Source: Vulcanimicrobiota bacterium (lineage in GTDB: Bacteria; Vulcanimicrobiota; Vulcanimicrobiia; Vulcanimicrobiales; Vulcanimicrobiaceae). Taken from it: a DNA stretch of 64,000 nt. The notes beneath the pieces were generated by a model. That model did not search any database, had not been told where the DNA came from, and saw only the letters and a program-made list of their open reading frames with translations. Below, in pieces: positions 37,839 to 48,565 of the stretch (position 1 is its first letter; each line of letters starts with the position of its first letter). Where the stretch lies: contig CAWFTO010000002.1 of the NCBI GenBank assembly GCA_963818845.1, positions 468,016 through 532,015 of the forward strand. Direction: 5' to 3'. The position numbers were made by a program, and so were the translations under genes.

Positions 37839-38240
37839 TTAGCGCTTAGAGAACTGGAACCGCTTGCGCGCCTTCTTGCGCCCGTACTTCTTCGACTCTT
37901 TCTCACGCGGGTCGCGCGTCAGAAGGCCGTTGCGGCGGAGCGGCTCGCGGAGGGACTCGTCCATCTCGAGGAGCGCGCGGGCGATGCCGTGACGGACGGC
38001 GCCGGCCTGGCCGGAGACGCCGCCGCCTTCGCATTTGACGTCGACGTTGAAGCGCGAGAGCGACTGGGTCACGTCCAGCGGCTGGCGGACGATCATCTGC
38101 AGCGACGGGCGCGGGAAGTACTCGTCGACCGGCTTTTTGTTCACGGTGATCACGCCCTGACCGAGGGTCAGGCGGACGCGCGCGATGCCGCGCTTGCGGC
38201 GGCCGGTTCCGTTGAAGTAGTCGCTGGGGGTCTGCTGCAT
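37839..38240 (-). CDS. rpsI: 30S ribosomal protein S9
   Basis: [52 protein letters not shown]. Confidence 0.97.
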   Translation of the reverse strand: MQQTPSDYFNGTGRRKRGIARVRLTLGQGVITVNKKPVDEYFPRPSLQMIVRQPLDVTQSLSRFNVDVKCEGGGVSGQAGAVRHGIARALLEMDESLREPLRRNGLLTRDPREKESKKYGRKKARKRFQFSKR

Positions 38241-38665
38241 CAGGTGAGGGGCTCCGGCTTCTGGGCCGTGTGCGGGTGATCGGGACCGGCGTAGACGTTC
38301 AGGCGGCCGAGCTGGACGTCGCGCATGCGGTTGGTCGCCAGCATGCCGCGCACGGCGCGTTCGATGAGGCGCTCGGGATACTTCTCGCGAACCTGCGCGG
38401 CCGTCTCCGTGCGAAGACCGCCCGGGAAGCCGGAGTGCCGGTGGTACACCTTCTGCGTCCACTTGCGCGGAGCGAGCTCGACCTTGTCGGCGTTCACGAC
38501 GATGACGTGGTCGCCGTCGTCGATGTGCGGGGTCCAGGTCGGCTTCGTGCGGCCCGACAGGGCGCGAGCGATCCGCACCGCGAGCGTGCCGAGCCGTTGC
38601 CCGGCGGCGTCGACGATGAACCAGTCGTGCTGGGTCTCGGCCGTCTTCTGCTGGTATGTGCGCAT
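38240..38665 (-). CDS. rplM: 50S ribosomal protein L13
   Basis: [51 protein letters not shown]. Confidence 0.97.
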   Translation of the reverse strand: MRTYQQKTAETQHDWFIVDAAGQRLGTLAVRIARALSGRTKPTWTPHIDDGDHVIVVNADKVELAPRKWTQKVYHRHSGFPGGLRTETAAQVREKYPERLIERAVRGMLATNRMRDVQLGRLNVYAGPDHPHTAQKPEPLT

Positions 38666-38728
38666 GGGGTCCGTCTTGTGAAGGAGCACGCCGGGGCGGG
38701 GCATCCCAGAGCCCACGGCAACCTACGC

Positions 38729-38757
38729 AGTATACGGGCCCGGGACGCGGGAGTCAA
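38729..38757 (-). promoter_or_regulatory. sigma70 promoter of rplM-rpsI
   Basis: TTGACT-N17-TATACT on the minus strand. Confidence 0.8.
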
Positions 38758-38810
38758 CCGCGTCAACTCGGGCCGCGCCTCGACCGATAGGAGCAGAGGA
38801 GGCGCATTTC

Positions 38811-40203
38811 ATGAGTACGCTCGACATCGTCCTGTTGGCCGTCGCGGCCGCCTGCGGAGCAGCCGCTTTCTTGGTCTTCCTTCGCTACCGCAGCCTCGCC
38901 GCCGCGGTCAGCACGAAGGAAGCGATGTGGCGAGCCGCGCTCGACGTCGCGGGCGCGTCCGCGGTTGAAGATGTCGCCGCCGCCCTCGTCGAGGCGCGCC
39001 GGCAATCCGAAGCGGCTGCAGCCCTCATGCCGGCCGTCGACGAGCTGACCGAGCGCCACGAGCGCATCGTTGCCGCCGTCAACGCCCGGGACGCCGTCGG
39101 AACGACCGCGCAGACCGCGCTGCAAAACGCGATGGACGAACAGACCGCCGCAAGCGCCGCGGTCGGCGACCTTACCGCCGGCATCGTCCAGGCTGGCGCC
39201 GCCGTCGAGGAGACCGTGCGCTCGATCAGCACCGTGTCGGGCAACATGTCCGGGCTGGCCGACAACGTGTCAAACGTGAGCTCGGCGATCGGCGAGCTCG
39301 CAGTGTCCGTCAACCAGGTTGCGGGCAGCGCGCGCGAAGCGTCGACGCTCTCGCTCGAAGCCGACAAGAAGGCGAAGGACGGCGGCGTGGCCGTCGAGCG
39401 CCTGGTCCGCTCCACCCGCGAGGTCGCGGACGGCATCACGGCCGTCGTCGCGAAAATGCAAGAGCTCGGCTCGGCGTCCGAGCGGATCGGCGCGATCGTC
39501 GAGGTGATCGACGCGATCGCCGACCAGACGAACCTGCTCGCACTCAATGCGGCGATTGAAGCCGCGCGCGCCGGCGAGCACGGCCGCGGCTTCGCCGTCG
39601 TCGCCGACGAGGTCCGCAAGCTTGCGGAGAGCTCGGCGCAGTCCACGCGCGAGATCGGCAAACTCGTCAAAGACATTCAAGCGAAGACGGCCGAGGTGGT
39701 CACCTCGACGAGCAGCTCCGGCGCGAAAGCCGAGAGCGGTCTGGAGATGGCAGACGTTGCCGGCCGCGCGATCGGCGACATCTCGTCGGCGGTCGGCGAG
39801 GCGAACCGCCTGATCGATCAGATCCTCCATGGCGGCGCGCGAGCAAGCCACGGGCGCGTCGGCGATCGTGAACTCCGTCGAGTCGATGAACAACCTCATG
39901 CGCGAGGCGGCGCGGTCGCTGGAAGAGCAGAACATCTCCAACCAGCAGATCGTCGACATCATCGCGACGATTCAGCGCGGCGCCGGCGGCGTGGAAAGCG
40001 CGATCGCGCGCCAGCGGTCCGCGTGCGACAACCTCGTGCAAGCTTCGAAGTCGCTCGCGGGCGCGAGCAAGACGACGCGCGACGCGAGCGCGAGCCTCGA
40101 CGGCATCGCGGAGACCGTGCGCGATCGCGTGCACGCCATGGCCGGACGGCACGGCGCTCAGGGCGCGACGGACGCCGGCCGGTACGTGTCGAGCGCGGCG
40201 TAG
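38811..40203 (+). CDS. Methyl-accepting chemotaxis-like protein (frame break near 39825)
   Basis: [38 protein letters not shown]; single N-terminal TM; the C-terminus continues in ORF 39829..40203. Confidence 0.88.
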
Positions 40204-40932
40204 CGCACGCCCGACAGATACAGCCCGTGCGCGGGCGCCGTCGGACCGGCGCCGCCGCGTTCCCGCGCCGCTAGCGCTCGCCCGGCGAAGTCGACGTCGC
40301 GATAGCCCGTCGCGCAGCGCGACGAGCGTGCCCACCATGACGCGCACCATGCGATGCAAGAACGCGTTGCCGCGCACGGTCACGCGCAGCAGGTTCTCGT
40401 CCCGCGCGAGCACGATCGACGACACCTCGCGCACGGTTCCGCCGCGCTCGGGCAGTTCGCCGCAGAACGTCAGGAAGTCGTGCTCGCCGATCAGCGGCGC
40501 CGCCGCCGCACGGAACCGCTCGTCGTCGATCGGCCGCGCGACGTGCCACGCGCGCGTTCGCCACAGCGCCGATCCGAAGCGCCGGTTGAGGATCAGGTAG
40601 TCGTACGCGCGCTCGAGCGCGTCGAACCGCGCGGAGAACGTGTCGTCCGCCACGGCCGCATCGCGCACCACGAGATCGGGCGGCGTGTTGGCGTTCGCGG
40701 CGAGTGCCAGGCGTTCGGCCGGGAACGCGCGTGACGACGAGAACGAGACGACTTGTCCGGTGGCGTGGACGCCCGCATCAGTGCGGCCCGCCGCCGTGAT
40801 CTTGACCGGTTCGTGGAACAGACGCGACAGCGCCGCTTCCAAAGAACCGGCGACGGTGCGTAGCGCGGGCTGATACTGCAGCCCATGGAACGCGGTTCCG
40901 TCGTATTCGACGACGAGCCGGTACGTCGGCAC
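40158..40932 (-). CDS. truA: tRNA pseudouridine(38-40) synthase TruA (frame break near 40311)
   Basis: [46 protein letters not shown]; the shifted frame supplies [11 protein letters not shown] and a stop at 40158. Confidence 0.92.
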
Positions 40933-40944
40933 GCCGTCGAACGT

Positions 40945-41598
40945 TCACGAAACCGGGACGAGCGCCTCTCGCAGCGTCCCGGGCGCGCCGAGCGTCTGCG
41001 CGAGCGCCGCGACCGCATCGGGATCGAAGAGATGGTCCGCTTCGATCAAGCGCGACAGCGCTTCGTCGTGAGCGATCGCGACGGCGTACGGACGGCCCGA
41101 GCGCATCGCGTCGTAGGCGTCGACGACGGACAGCAGCCGCGTCTCCCACGGGATTGCGAGCCCGTACAGACCGTCGGGGTAGCCGGAGCCGTCGAGCCGC
41201 TCGTGGTGGCCGCGCACGATCGTTGCGAGCTTCGGCGCGTCGTGCGCGCGGAGCATCTGCTCGCCGCGCGCCGCATGCGCTTTGAGGATTCGCCACTCCG
41301 ACTCGCTCAGGTCGTACCGCGCGTTGAGCAGCGAGCGGCGGATGTGAACTTTGCCGATGTCGTGGAAGAGGCCGGCTTGACCGAGCGTAACCGCGTCGTC
41401 GCGCGACAAGCCTCCCGTCCGTCCGACGCGCGCGGACAGCATGCCCACGTTGACCATGTGCCGATGGGTTTCGTAATCGTGCGCGAGGATCGCGCCGAGG
41501 AACGCCGAGGTAAAGGGCTGTGCGAACAAGTCGCCGAGCACGGCCCCGTCAGTGTCGAGCATCTGCTGCTCTCCGCTTTCAAGATTGTCGACCGCCAT
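40945..41598 (-). CDS. Stand-alone HD-GYP domain phosphodiesterase
   Basis: FHDIGK, HHERLDGSGYPDGL, VVDAYDAM. Confidence 0.9.
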   Translation of the reverse strand: MAVDNLESGEQQMLDTDGAVLGDLFAQPFTSAFLGAILAHDYETHRHMVNVGMLSARVGRTGGLSRDDAVTLGQAGLFHDIGKVHIRRSLLNARYDLSESEWRILKAHAARGEQMLRAHDAPKLATIVRGHHERLDGSGYPDGLYGLAIPWETRLLSVVDAYDAMRSGRPYAVAIAHDEALSRLIEADHLFDPDAVAALAQTLGAPGTLREALVPVS

Positions 41599-41696
41599 CG
41601 GACGCGCTCGTAGTCGGTCGCATTGTGGACAACGCCGCGTCCCGGGAGCGCGTCTCGTTCCAGCCGCTCGGTCGTTCTCAGCCCGCCCCGAGAAAG

Positions 41697-41726
41697 AACG
41701 AGGCCGCCTCGTGGCGGCCTCGTTTT
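41697..41726. terminator. Probable bidirectional intrinsic terminator
   Basis: AACGAGGCCGCC/GGCGGCCTCGTT stem with T-rich runs on both strands. Confidence 0.65.
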
Positions 41727-41760
41727 CCCAACGTCTCCTCAGCGTGTCCTTAGCGAATCT

Positions 41761-42216
41761 TCATGCAGAGACGGGAACGCGGCGCGGGACATCGCGCTTT
41801 TCGTCGAGATCCAGGAGGTCCGCCCACACCGTCACGTCGGTGCGATCGGGCGCGACCTGGTTCCGCAGCTCGTTGAAGTAGTCGGCACCGGGCGATCCCG
41901 CGTCGGGCGCGTGGCGCAGGAAGCCGGCGTTGAACTGCTCGAGCTCCTGCGCGCTCTTGCGGTCGACGATCGGCTTGAGGTAGGCCTCGATCTCCGACTC
42001 CGACTGGGCCTTCTTGATCACGTCGAGCAGCGCGTTGCCGTCGACGCCGAGGAAGTCGAAGACCGCCTTGTCCATCGGGCAGTCGAAGTTGTACTCGCCG
42101 TTGAGGCCGTTCGCCAGGGCGATGCCCTTGTCGATGGCGCGTCCGAGTTGGACGACGCCGAGCGTCTTCTCGCGCACGGAGCGCGGATACGAAGTGGTGA
42201 GGTCGCGTTTCAGCAT
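41761..42216 (-). CDS. DUF5069-like protein
   Basis: YPRS...GRAIDKG...GEY...CPMD..FDFLG, W.DLLDLDE pattern. Confidence 0.75.
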   Translation of the reverse strand: MLKRDLTTSYPRSVREKTLGVVQLGRAIDKGIALANGLNGEYNFDCPMDKAVFDFLGVDGNALLDVIKKAQSESEIEAYLKPIVDRKSAQELEQFNAGFLRHAPDAGSPGADYFNELRNQVAPDRTDVTVWADLLDLDEKRDVPRRVPVSA

Positions 42217-42229
42217 TACCTCCGTTCGA

Positions 42230-42796
42230 CTACGGCGCGACCGGCGCAGTTGCAGACGGGCGCACGACGTATCTAGTCACCACATACCGCGTCACGCTGC
42301 GCCCGCGGTACACCGCCGTTCCGGCGAGCTCCCCGCCGATGCGGCGGGCAACCGCGACCGAGCGCTCGTTCTGCGCGTGCAGCACGACGCTGATTCGTTC
42401 GAGCCGCAGGTCCCGGAACGCGAAGTCGCGCAGCGCGGTCGCCGCTTCCGTGGCGTACCCACGACCCCACGCGAACGGCGCGAGCCACCAGCCGATCTCG
42501 ACGTCCGGCGCGCCGTCGATCTCGCACCGCAAGAGACCCACCTGACCGAGCGCGGCCCCGTCGTCGCGCCGCTTGAGCACTTTGAACGCATCCCACCGCT
42601 CCCGTCCGGACGTCGCGGCGTCCGCATCGATCCGCGCGTACCGCGCCTCGATCTCACCGTAGCCGTACGTCGCGCCGTCGCCGATCCAGCGCATCACGCG
42701 CGGGTCGGCGTACAGCGACGCGAGGAAGTCCAGGTCCTCGGGCCGCCGGTCGCACAGCGCCAGCCGCGCCGTCGTCAGGAACGCGCCGTCAGGCAT
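42230..42796 (-). CDS. GNAT family N-acetyltransferase (RimJ/RimL-like)
   Basis: TARLAL, EIGWWLAPFAWGRGYATEAA, NERSVAVARRIG. Confidence 0.9.
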   Translation of the reverse strand: MPDGAFLTTARLALCDRRPEDLDFLASLYADPRVMRWIGDGATYGYGEIEARYARIDADAATSGRERWDAFKVLKRRDDGAALGQVGLLRCEIDGAPDVEIGWWLAPFAWGRGYATEAATALRDFAFRDLRLERISVVLHAQNERSVAVARRIGGELAGTAVYRGRSVTRYVVTRYVVRPSATAPVAP

Positions 42797-44294
42797 CGTC
42801 CTCGGCGGCGTCGTCGGGCGCGTCCGTCGGCAACGGGCGCTGCAGCGGAAACAGCAGCACGTCGCGGATCGACGCGTTGTTCGTGAGCATCATGACGAGC
42901 CGGTCCACGCCGATGCCGATGCCCGCCGTGGGCGGCATCCCGTACTCGAGCGCCGTGACGAAGTCCCAGTCCGGCGGCGGCACCTCGTCGTCCCCCGCGG
43001 CCTTTTCGGCGACCTGGAGCTCGAAGCGGCGCCGCTGGTCGTCCGGGTCGTTGAGCTCCGTGAACGCGTTCGCCAATTCCATGTGGTCGGCGAAGAGCTC
43101 GTAACGCTGCGTGAGCTCGGGATCATCCGGCATGCGCTTGGCCAGCGGCGAGAGCACGACCGGGTATCCGTACACGAACGTCGGCTGCAGCAGATGCGGT
43201 TCGACGATGCGCTCGAACAGCTTGTCGAGCGCGTGCGCGTGCGTCGGCGAGTCGGGGATACCGAACTGCCGCAGCAGCGCGAACGCCCCGGCGGGGTCGA
43301 GCAGCTGGTCGCGCGTGACGCCGCCGAACTCCTCGAACGCTTCCAGGTAGCCGATGCGGCGGAACGGCGTCGCGAACGCGATCGCGTTCTCGCCGTGCAT
43401 GACCGTCTCCGAACCGTGCACGGTGCGAGCGAGATGGGCCATGAGCTCTTCGTTGAAGCGCATCATGTCCGTGACGTCCCAGTACGCCGCGTAGAGCTCG
43501 AGCATCGTGAACTCGGGGTTGTGCGTGCTGTCGATGCCTTCGTTGCGGAAGATCCGTCCGATCTCGTAGACGCGTTCCATGCCGCCGACGATCAGCCGCT
43601 TGAGGTTCAGCTCCGTGGCGATGCGCAGGCTCAGGCCGATGTCGAGCGCGTTCGAGTGCGTGAGGAACGGCCGCGCGGTCGCTCCGCCCGCGATCGTGAG
43701 CAGCGTCGGCGTCTCGACCTCGAAGAAGCCCTGCGCGTCAATGAACCGGCGCATCTCGGCGACGATGCGCGAGCGCGTCAGCATCACGTCGCGCACGTGC
43801 GGGTTGACGATCAGATCGACGTACCGGCGCCGATACCGCTTCTCGACGTCCTGCAAGCCGTGCCACTTGTCCGGCAGCGGCTGCAGCGACTTGCCGAGCA
43901 CCTCGAGCGAGGACACGTAGAGTGAGAGATCGCCCGCCTTCGTGCGGAACACGAAACCGGTCGCGCCTGCGATGTCGCCGCGCTCGAGCTCCTTCGCCAC
44001 CCCGAACGCCTCGTCGCCGACGTCGTTCTGCCGCACGAAGAGCTGGAAGCGTCCCGTGCGGTCGTGCAGGTCGAAGAAGATGACCTTGCCTTGACCGCGC
44101 GCGGCCATGATGCGGCCGGCCAGCGACCAGGTCTCGCCTTCGGCACGGCCCTGCTCCGGCAGCGCGGCATACTTCGCGGCCAGGTCCGCCGCGTGCGCGG
44201 TGACGTCGTAGCGGGTGGCGGCGAACGGCTCGACGCCGCGCTCGCGCAGCGCGGCCAGCCGGGCGCGGCGCGCGGCGAGCAAATCAGCCCGCAT
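42789..44294 (-). CDS. lysS: Lysine-tRNA ligase (class II)
   Basis: RYRRRYVDL, EVETP, GGATARPF, LRIATELNLKRLIVGG, FRNEGID, YGMPPTAGIGIGVDRL. Confidence 0.97.
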   Translation of the reverse strand: MRADLLAARRARLAALRERGVEPFAATRYDVTAHAADLAAKYAALPEQGRAEGETWSLAGRIMAARGQGKVIFFDLHDRTGRFQLFVRQNDVGDEAFGVAKELERGDIAGATGFVFRTKAGDLSLYVSSLEVLGKSLQPLPDKWHGLQDVEKRYRRRYVDLIVNPHVRDVMLTRSRIVAEMRRFIDAQGFFEVETPTLLTIAGGATARPFLTHSNALDIGLSLRIATELNLKRLIVGGMERVYEIGRIFRNEGIDSTHNPEFTMLELYAAYWDVTDMMRFNEELMAHLARTVHGSETVMHGENAIAFATPFRRIGYLEAFEEFGGVTRDQLLDPAGAFALLRQFGIPDSPTHAHALDKLFERIVEPHLLQPTFVYGYPVVLSPLAKRMPDDPELTQRYELFADHMELANAFTELNDPDDQRRRFELQVAEKAAGDDEVPPPDWDFVTALEYGMPPTAGIGIGVDRLVMMLTNNASIRDVLLFPLQRPLPTDAPDDAAEDDA

Positions 44295-44301
44295 CGCGCT
44301 G

Positions 44302-44805
44302 CTAAGAGGCTTTCTTCGTTTTCTTGGGGTCCTTGTTGATCGCCTCGATCTTGTACTTCATCTGCCCGCGCGGCGTGGTGACGTCGACGGTCTCGCCCTT
44401 CTTGCGGCCCATCACGGCGCGGCCGAGCGGCGACTCGTTCGAGAGCCGTGCGTTCTTCGGGTCGGCCTCCGCGGAGCCGACGATCGTGAACTCGTGCGCG
44501 GTGCCGGAGGTGACCTCTTTGACCTTGATCGTCGCGCCGAGGTGGACTTCGTCGGCGACGTAGTCCGACGCGTCGATGACGCGCGCGTTGCGAATCATGG
44601 TCTCGAGCTTGAGGATGCGGCCCTCGACGAACGCCTGCTCTTGCTTCGCGTCCTCGTACTCGGCGTTTTCCGAGATGTCGCCGAACTCTTTGGCCTGACG
44701 GATCCGTTCGTTGACCTCGCGGCGGTGGACGCTCTTGAGCTCGTCGAGCTCGTCCTCGAGCTTCTTGAGCCCGTCGCGGGTCAAAACGATTTCTTTGTCG
44801 TTCAA
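44302..44805 (-). CDS. greA: Transcription elongation factor GreA
   Basis: GDISENAEYEDAK, SNESPLGRA; TTG start. Confidence 0.96.
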   Translation of the reverse strand: MNDKEIVLTRDGLKKLEDELDELKSVHRREVNERIRQAKEFGDISENAEYEDAKQEQAFVEGRILKLETMIRNARVIDASDYVADEVHLGATIKVKEVTSGTAHEFTIVGSAEADPKNARLSNESPLGRAVMGRKKGETVDVTTPRGQMKYKIEAINKDPKKTKKAS

Positions 44806-46190
44806 AAGCGACTCCCGGTACTTCGATCGGCCCCTGCCGTACCGTGCGCCCGAACAACGCGTCCGCGCCACAGCGCCAGGGGAAGCCCGATGATTGCGGA
44901 GGCGGCGATGAAACCCCTGGTGTTGGCATCGTCCGTTTGGAGCGACGAAATCAGGATCACCGTCAGGACGACGGCCGCAAGGCCGGGCAGCGCGACCGCC
45001 GACCAGACGGCGGCACGCTCGGCGATGAAGACGCGCACTGCCGCGGCGGCCGTCAGCACGAAGAGCGCACCCAGAAACCATGCCGTGCCGCGCAGCGCGA
45101 AGTCGAATGCCGACTTGGCCGACGGCCACAGGCCCGCGGCCAGGCAGCAGGCGACCGAGAAGCCGCCGACGAGCAGGATCGAGGCGGCCGGTTCGGCGCG
45201 ATGGTCCAGCGTGCCGAGCCGGCCGGGCACCAGGCGGTCGCGCCCCATCGCGTAGACGCTGCGGGTCAGGTACACGAGAGTGGTCTGGAGCGACGCCGCG
45301 AGCGACACGAGGACGGTCACGGCGAGGGCGGGACGCCACGCGCCGCCAAGCAGGCTGCCGACGTACGCCAGCGCGTCGTCCTCGTGCGCGTCGAACCCCG
45401 CGGCGCTGCCGAGGCGCGCGAACGCGACGATCGCGGCGAGCAGCACGGCGCTCGTCAGGACGAGCCCGGCGATGCCGCCGGTGCCGGGCGCCGTCGCGAC
45501 GCCCTGCGCCTCCTCGGCGGTCGACGCCGAGACTTCCCAGCCGTCGAGCATCCAGATGCCGATCACGATCGCGCTCGCGATCCCGCCCCACGCGACCGGC
45601 CCGCCCGCGAACGCGACGGCATCGGCGTGCGGCTGCAGCGCCGCGAGGCCGGCCGCGCCGGCGAGGACGACGAGCTCCGCGACCAGCAGCGCGAGCGCGA
45701 GCAGAGCCGTGGGCCGCAGGCCGTACCACAGCAGCACCGAGGTCGCGGCGATCCACGCGCACGCGACGAGCGCGACGGCGACCGGGCTGTGCGCGAGCGC
45801 CGGTGCGACGAGGTCGAGCGTGTACGTGCCCGCGGGCAGCGCGGTCGCCAGCACGGCGAAGACGTTCGCGACGAGCAGCACCCACGCGGCGTACGCGCCG
45901 GCGGCCGGACCGAACGCGACGCGAATCCACGCGTACGACGATCCCGCGTCGCGCATGCGCTCGCCCAGGCGGCGGTATCCGGCCGCAATCATCGCCATCA
46001 GCACCGCGACGATCGAAAGCGCCAGCCACGTCCAGCGCCCGGCCGCGGCGATCATCGCGGCCATCGTGGTCGCAAGCGAGAACGCCGGCCCCATCGACGC
46101 CGCTGCGACCACGATGAGGTCGCGCAGCGCGAGGACGCGGCGCAGGTGCGGCGCCGAGCCGGAGGGGCTCGCCGGCAGGGTGTCGTTCAC
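44802..46190 (-). CDS. APC family amino acid/polyamine permease
   Basis: About 12 TM helices; MGPAFS, GSSYAW, DGWEVSASTAEE, RSVYAMGRD. Confidence 0.88.
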   Translation of the reverse strand: MNDTLPASPSGSAPHLRRVLALRDLIVVAAASMGPAFSLATTMAAMIAAAGRWTWLALSIVAVLMAMIAAGYRRLGERMRDAGSSYAWIRVAFGPAAGAYAAWVLLVANVFAVLATALPAGTYTLDLVAPALAHSPVAVALVACAWIAATSVLLWYGLRPTALLALALLVAELVVLAGAAGLAALQPHADAVAFAGGPVAWGGIASAIVIGIWMLDGWEVSASTAEEAQGVATAPGTGGIAGLVLTSAVLLAAIVAFARLGSAAGFDAHEDDALAYVGSLLGGAWRPALAVTVLVSLAASLQTTLVYLTRSVYAMGRDRLVPGRLGTLDHRAEPAASILLVGGFSVACCLAAGLWPSAKSAFDFALRGTAWFLGALFVLTAAAAVRVFIAERAAVWSAVALPGLAAVVLTVILISSLQTDDANTRGFIAASAIIGLPLALWRGRVVRAHGTAGADRSTGSRF

Positions 46191-47611
46191 GGCCGCCGGC
46201 GCAGCAGCGAGTTGCGGTACCCGTACGCGGCGTACGCGACGAGACCGATCGCGAACCAGACCAGAAAGCGCAGCCACGTCGCCGGCTTGAGCCCCTCGAC
46301 CGTCAGCCACGTGCACAGCACGATCCCGGTCGCCGGCACCGCGACCGGGCCGAACGGCACGCGGAACGGCCGCGGCGCGTCGGGCTGCGTGAAGCGCAGC
46401 ACCAGCACGCCGGCGCACACGATCACGAACGCCGAGAGGGTGCCGATGTTGACGAACTCGAGCAGCACCGTGAGCGGCAGCCCGGCCGCGAACAGCGCGA
46501 TGACGCCGCCGGTCACCAGGGTGATGACGATCGGCGTGCGCGTGCGCGCGTTGACGCGCCCGAACACCGGCGGAATCATGCGGTCGCGCGCCATCACGTA
46601 CAGGATGCGAATCTGCCCGAGCAGCGAGGTGAGCATCGACGCCGCCGCACCCGTCACCGTGCCGACGAGCACGAGCCCGAAGAGCAGGTTCGATCCGTGG
46701 TTCTTCACGACCGCGTCGACCATGCCGGACGAAGCGGAGACCGTGTCCCACGGCACCACGCCCACCGTCACCGCGGCGGCCGCCATGAACAGCACCGCTC
46801 CGATGACGAGCGAGAGGATGACGGCGCGCGGCACGTCCCGCACGGGATCGCGCGCCTCTTCGCTCGCGACCGTCACCGTGTCGAACCCGATGTACGCGAA
46901 GAACACGAGCGCCGCGCCGATCACGACCCCGTGACCGCCGAGCGGCGCGAACGGCCGAAACGCGCCCGGGCGCACCGCGCCGCCGAGCGCGAGCGCGAAG
47001 GCGACGATCGCGACGATCTGCACGACGACCAGCACGACGTTGGTCGCGGCCGACTCGCGGATGCCGACGGCGAGCACGACCGAGAGCAGGACCACCGACG
47101 CCGCCGCGATGACGTCGACCTGCGAGTGCGCCGCGTCGATCCCGTGCGCGCTGATGATCACGTTGCCTTGCTGCGCCCACGCGGGCAGCGTCGCGCCGGC
47201 TTTCGCGAGCAGCTGCTGCAGCGCGCCCGACAGCGTCGCGGAGAGCGGCGCAACGCTGATGCCGTACTCGAGGATGAGGTCCCAGCCGATGATCCACGCG
47301 ACGATCTCGCCGAGCGCGGCGTAGCCGTACGTGTACGCGCTGCCGGCAATCGGCACCATCGACGCGAGCTCGGCGTAGCAGAGCGCGACGAACAGACACG
47401 TGACGCCGGCGAGTGCGAACGACGCGACGACCGCCGGTCCGGCGGCGTTCGCTCCGCTGCCGACCGTCGTGAAGATGCCGCCGAGCATCGTGCCGAGGCC
47501 GATCGCGACGAGGCCGCCGACGCCGAGCACGCGGCGCAGCGGAACGCCGTCATGCGGCACGCGTTCGCGGTCGTACGCCTGCCGCCGGAAGAGCTCGCGG
47601 ACGAGGTTCAA
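46187..47611 (-). CDS. APC family (cationic amino acid) permease
   Basis: GLGTMLGGIF, CYAELASMVPIAGSAYTY, GWDLILEY, FFAYIGFD, EEARDP, RILYVMARD; TTG start. Confidence 0.92.
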   Translation of the reverse strand: MNLVRELFRRQAYDRERVPHDGVPLRRVLGVGGLVAIGLGTMLGGIFTTVGSGANAAGPAVVASFALAGVTCLFVALCYAELASMVPIAGSAYTYGYAALGEIVAWIIGWDLILEYGISVAPLSATLSGALQQLLAKAGATLPAWAQQGNVIISAHGIDAAHSQVDVIAAASVVLLSVVLAVGIRESAATNVVLVVVQIVAIVAFALALGGAVRPGAFRPFAPLGGHGVVIGAALVFFAYIGFDTVTVASEEARDPVRDVPRAVILSLVIGAVLFMAAAAVTVGVVPWDTVSASSGMVDAVVKNHGSNLLFGLVLVGTVTGAAASMLTSLLGQIRILYVMARDRMIPPVFGRVNARTRTPIVITLVTGGVIALFAAGLPLTVLLEFVNIGTLSAFVIVCAGVLVLRFTQPDAPRPFRVPFGPVAVPATGIVLCTWLTVEGLKPATWLRFLVWFAIGLVAYAAYGYRNSLLRRRP

Positions 47612-48534
47612 CGCAAGGGCGGGACGGAGTCCGCGAACGCGATGACGCGAGGGCGAAGATCGAGTCGCGCGAGCAGGTCGCGGTAGTCGTCGTCGGTCAC
47701 GTCGGCCCATTTCTTGCCGAGCAGCGCGATCATCGCGGCCTCGACGACGTTCGTGCCGAACGAGCGTCCGCCGAAGTCCGGCGTCGTCGTGACGAGCCGC
47801 GCGATGCCGTGCTCGCGCAGGAAGTCGACGTCGCGCGCCGTGACGGTGTTCGTCAGGATCGTCTTGCCGTCGAGCCGCTCGGGCATGAACTGCCGCATGA
47901 AGTGGTAGTCGCCGGCGATGATGTCGGCGTCTTCGTAGTATTCGGGATACTTGGGCTGCGGCGCGCGGTCTTGCTTCTTTCCCGTCGGGTAGAAGAACTG
48001 GAACGGCAGCTTGCACGCATCGGGCAGATACTTGCGCGCCATCTCCTCGAACTCGTCGAGCCCGCGCACCGGCCGGTCGAGGTCGAGCGCGAAGATGAAG
48101 TCGCCGAACACGACGTCGGCGCCGGCCTGCACGAGCGCCTGCGCCATGCCGAAGCGGTCGAGCGCGCTGACCATCAGCACGCGCGTGCCGCGCAGCTCGA
48201 TGCCGAGCGCGCTCTGCATGAACGCGACGGCGCTGCGCTCGAGCGTGTTCTTCAAGCCGCTGCCGTCGACGACGGGCGTCGTCTTCACCGCGTCGAGCAG
48301 CCGCAGCCCGTCGCGCAGCGCGTAGCGGTCGCTGCCCGCGTACAGGTACACGTCGATCCCGCCCAGCCCGATCGCGTCGACCGTGCCGTCGAGCTCGTGC
48401 AGCTTCGCGATCGCCTTGTCGATCGAGCCGTCCGTCCCTACGCGCGAGATGTCGAACCGCTCCCCGAGCAGCTCGACCTCGGCGCGATGATCGCGCGACG
48501 ACGACCCGAGCGAAACCGAGACGACGGTCTTCAC
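47608..48534 (-). CDS. Conserved uncharacterised protein (family often auto-annotated as quinate 5-dehydrogenase)
   Basis: VSVSLGSSSRDH, RVGTDG, VDAIGLGG, TPVVDGSGLKNTLER, SFGTNVVEA. Confidence 0.8.
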   Translation of the reverse strand: MKTVVSVSLGSSSRDHRAEVELLGERFDISRVGTDGSIDKAIAKLHELDGTVDAIGLGGIDVYLYAGSDRYALRDGLRLLDAVKTTPVVDGSGLKNTLERSAVAFMQSALGIELRGTRVLMVSALDRFGMAQALVQAGADVVFGDFIFALDLDRPVRGLDEFEEMARKYLPDACKLPFQFFYPTGKKQDRAPQPKYPEYYEDADIIAGDYHFMRQFMPERLDGKTILTNTVTARDVDFLREHGIARLVTTTPDFGGRSFGTNVVEAAMIALLGKKWADVTDDDYRDLLARLDLRPRVIAFADSVPPLR

Positions 48535-48565
48535 GCCGCGGTCCCCATGGCACGCCGAGCTTGTT

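Noticed and set aside
1176-40932. Single-base frame breaks in Uma2, GT4, TetR, the membrane protein, fliF, the MCP and truA read as pseudogenes or programmed frameshifts
   Set aside because: They hit unrelated genes including truA, lack slippery sequences, and each is repaired by a one-base change with no other decay. Uncorrected sequencing indels are the simplest explanation; read-level polishing would decide.
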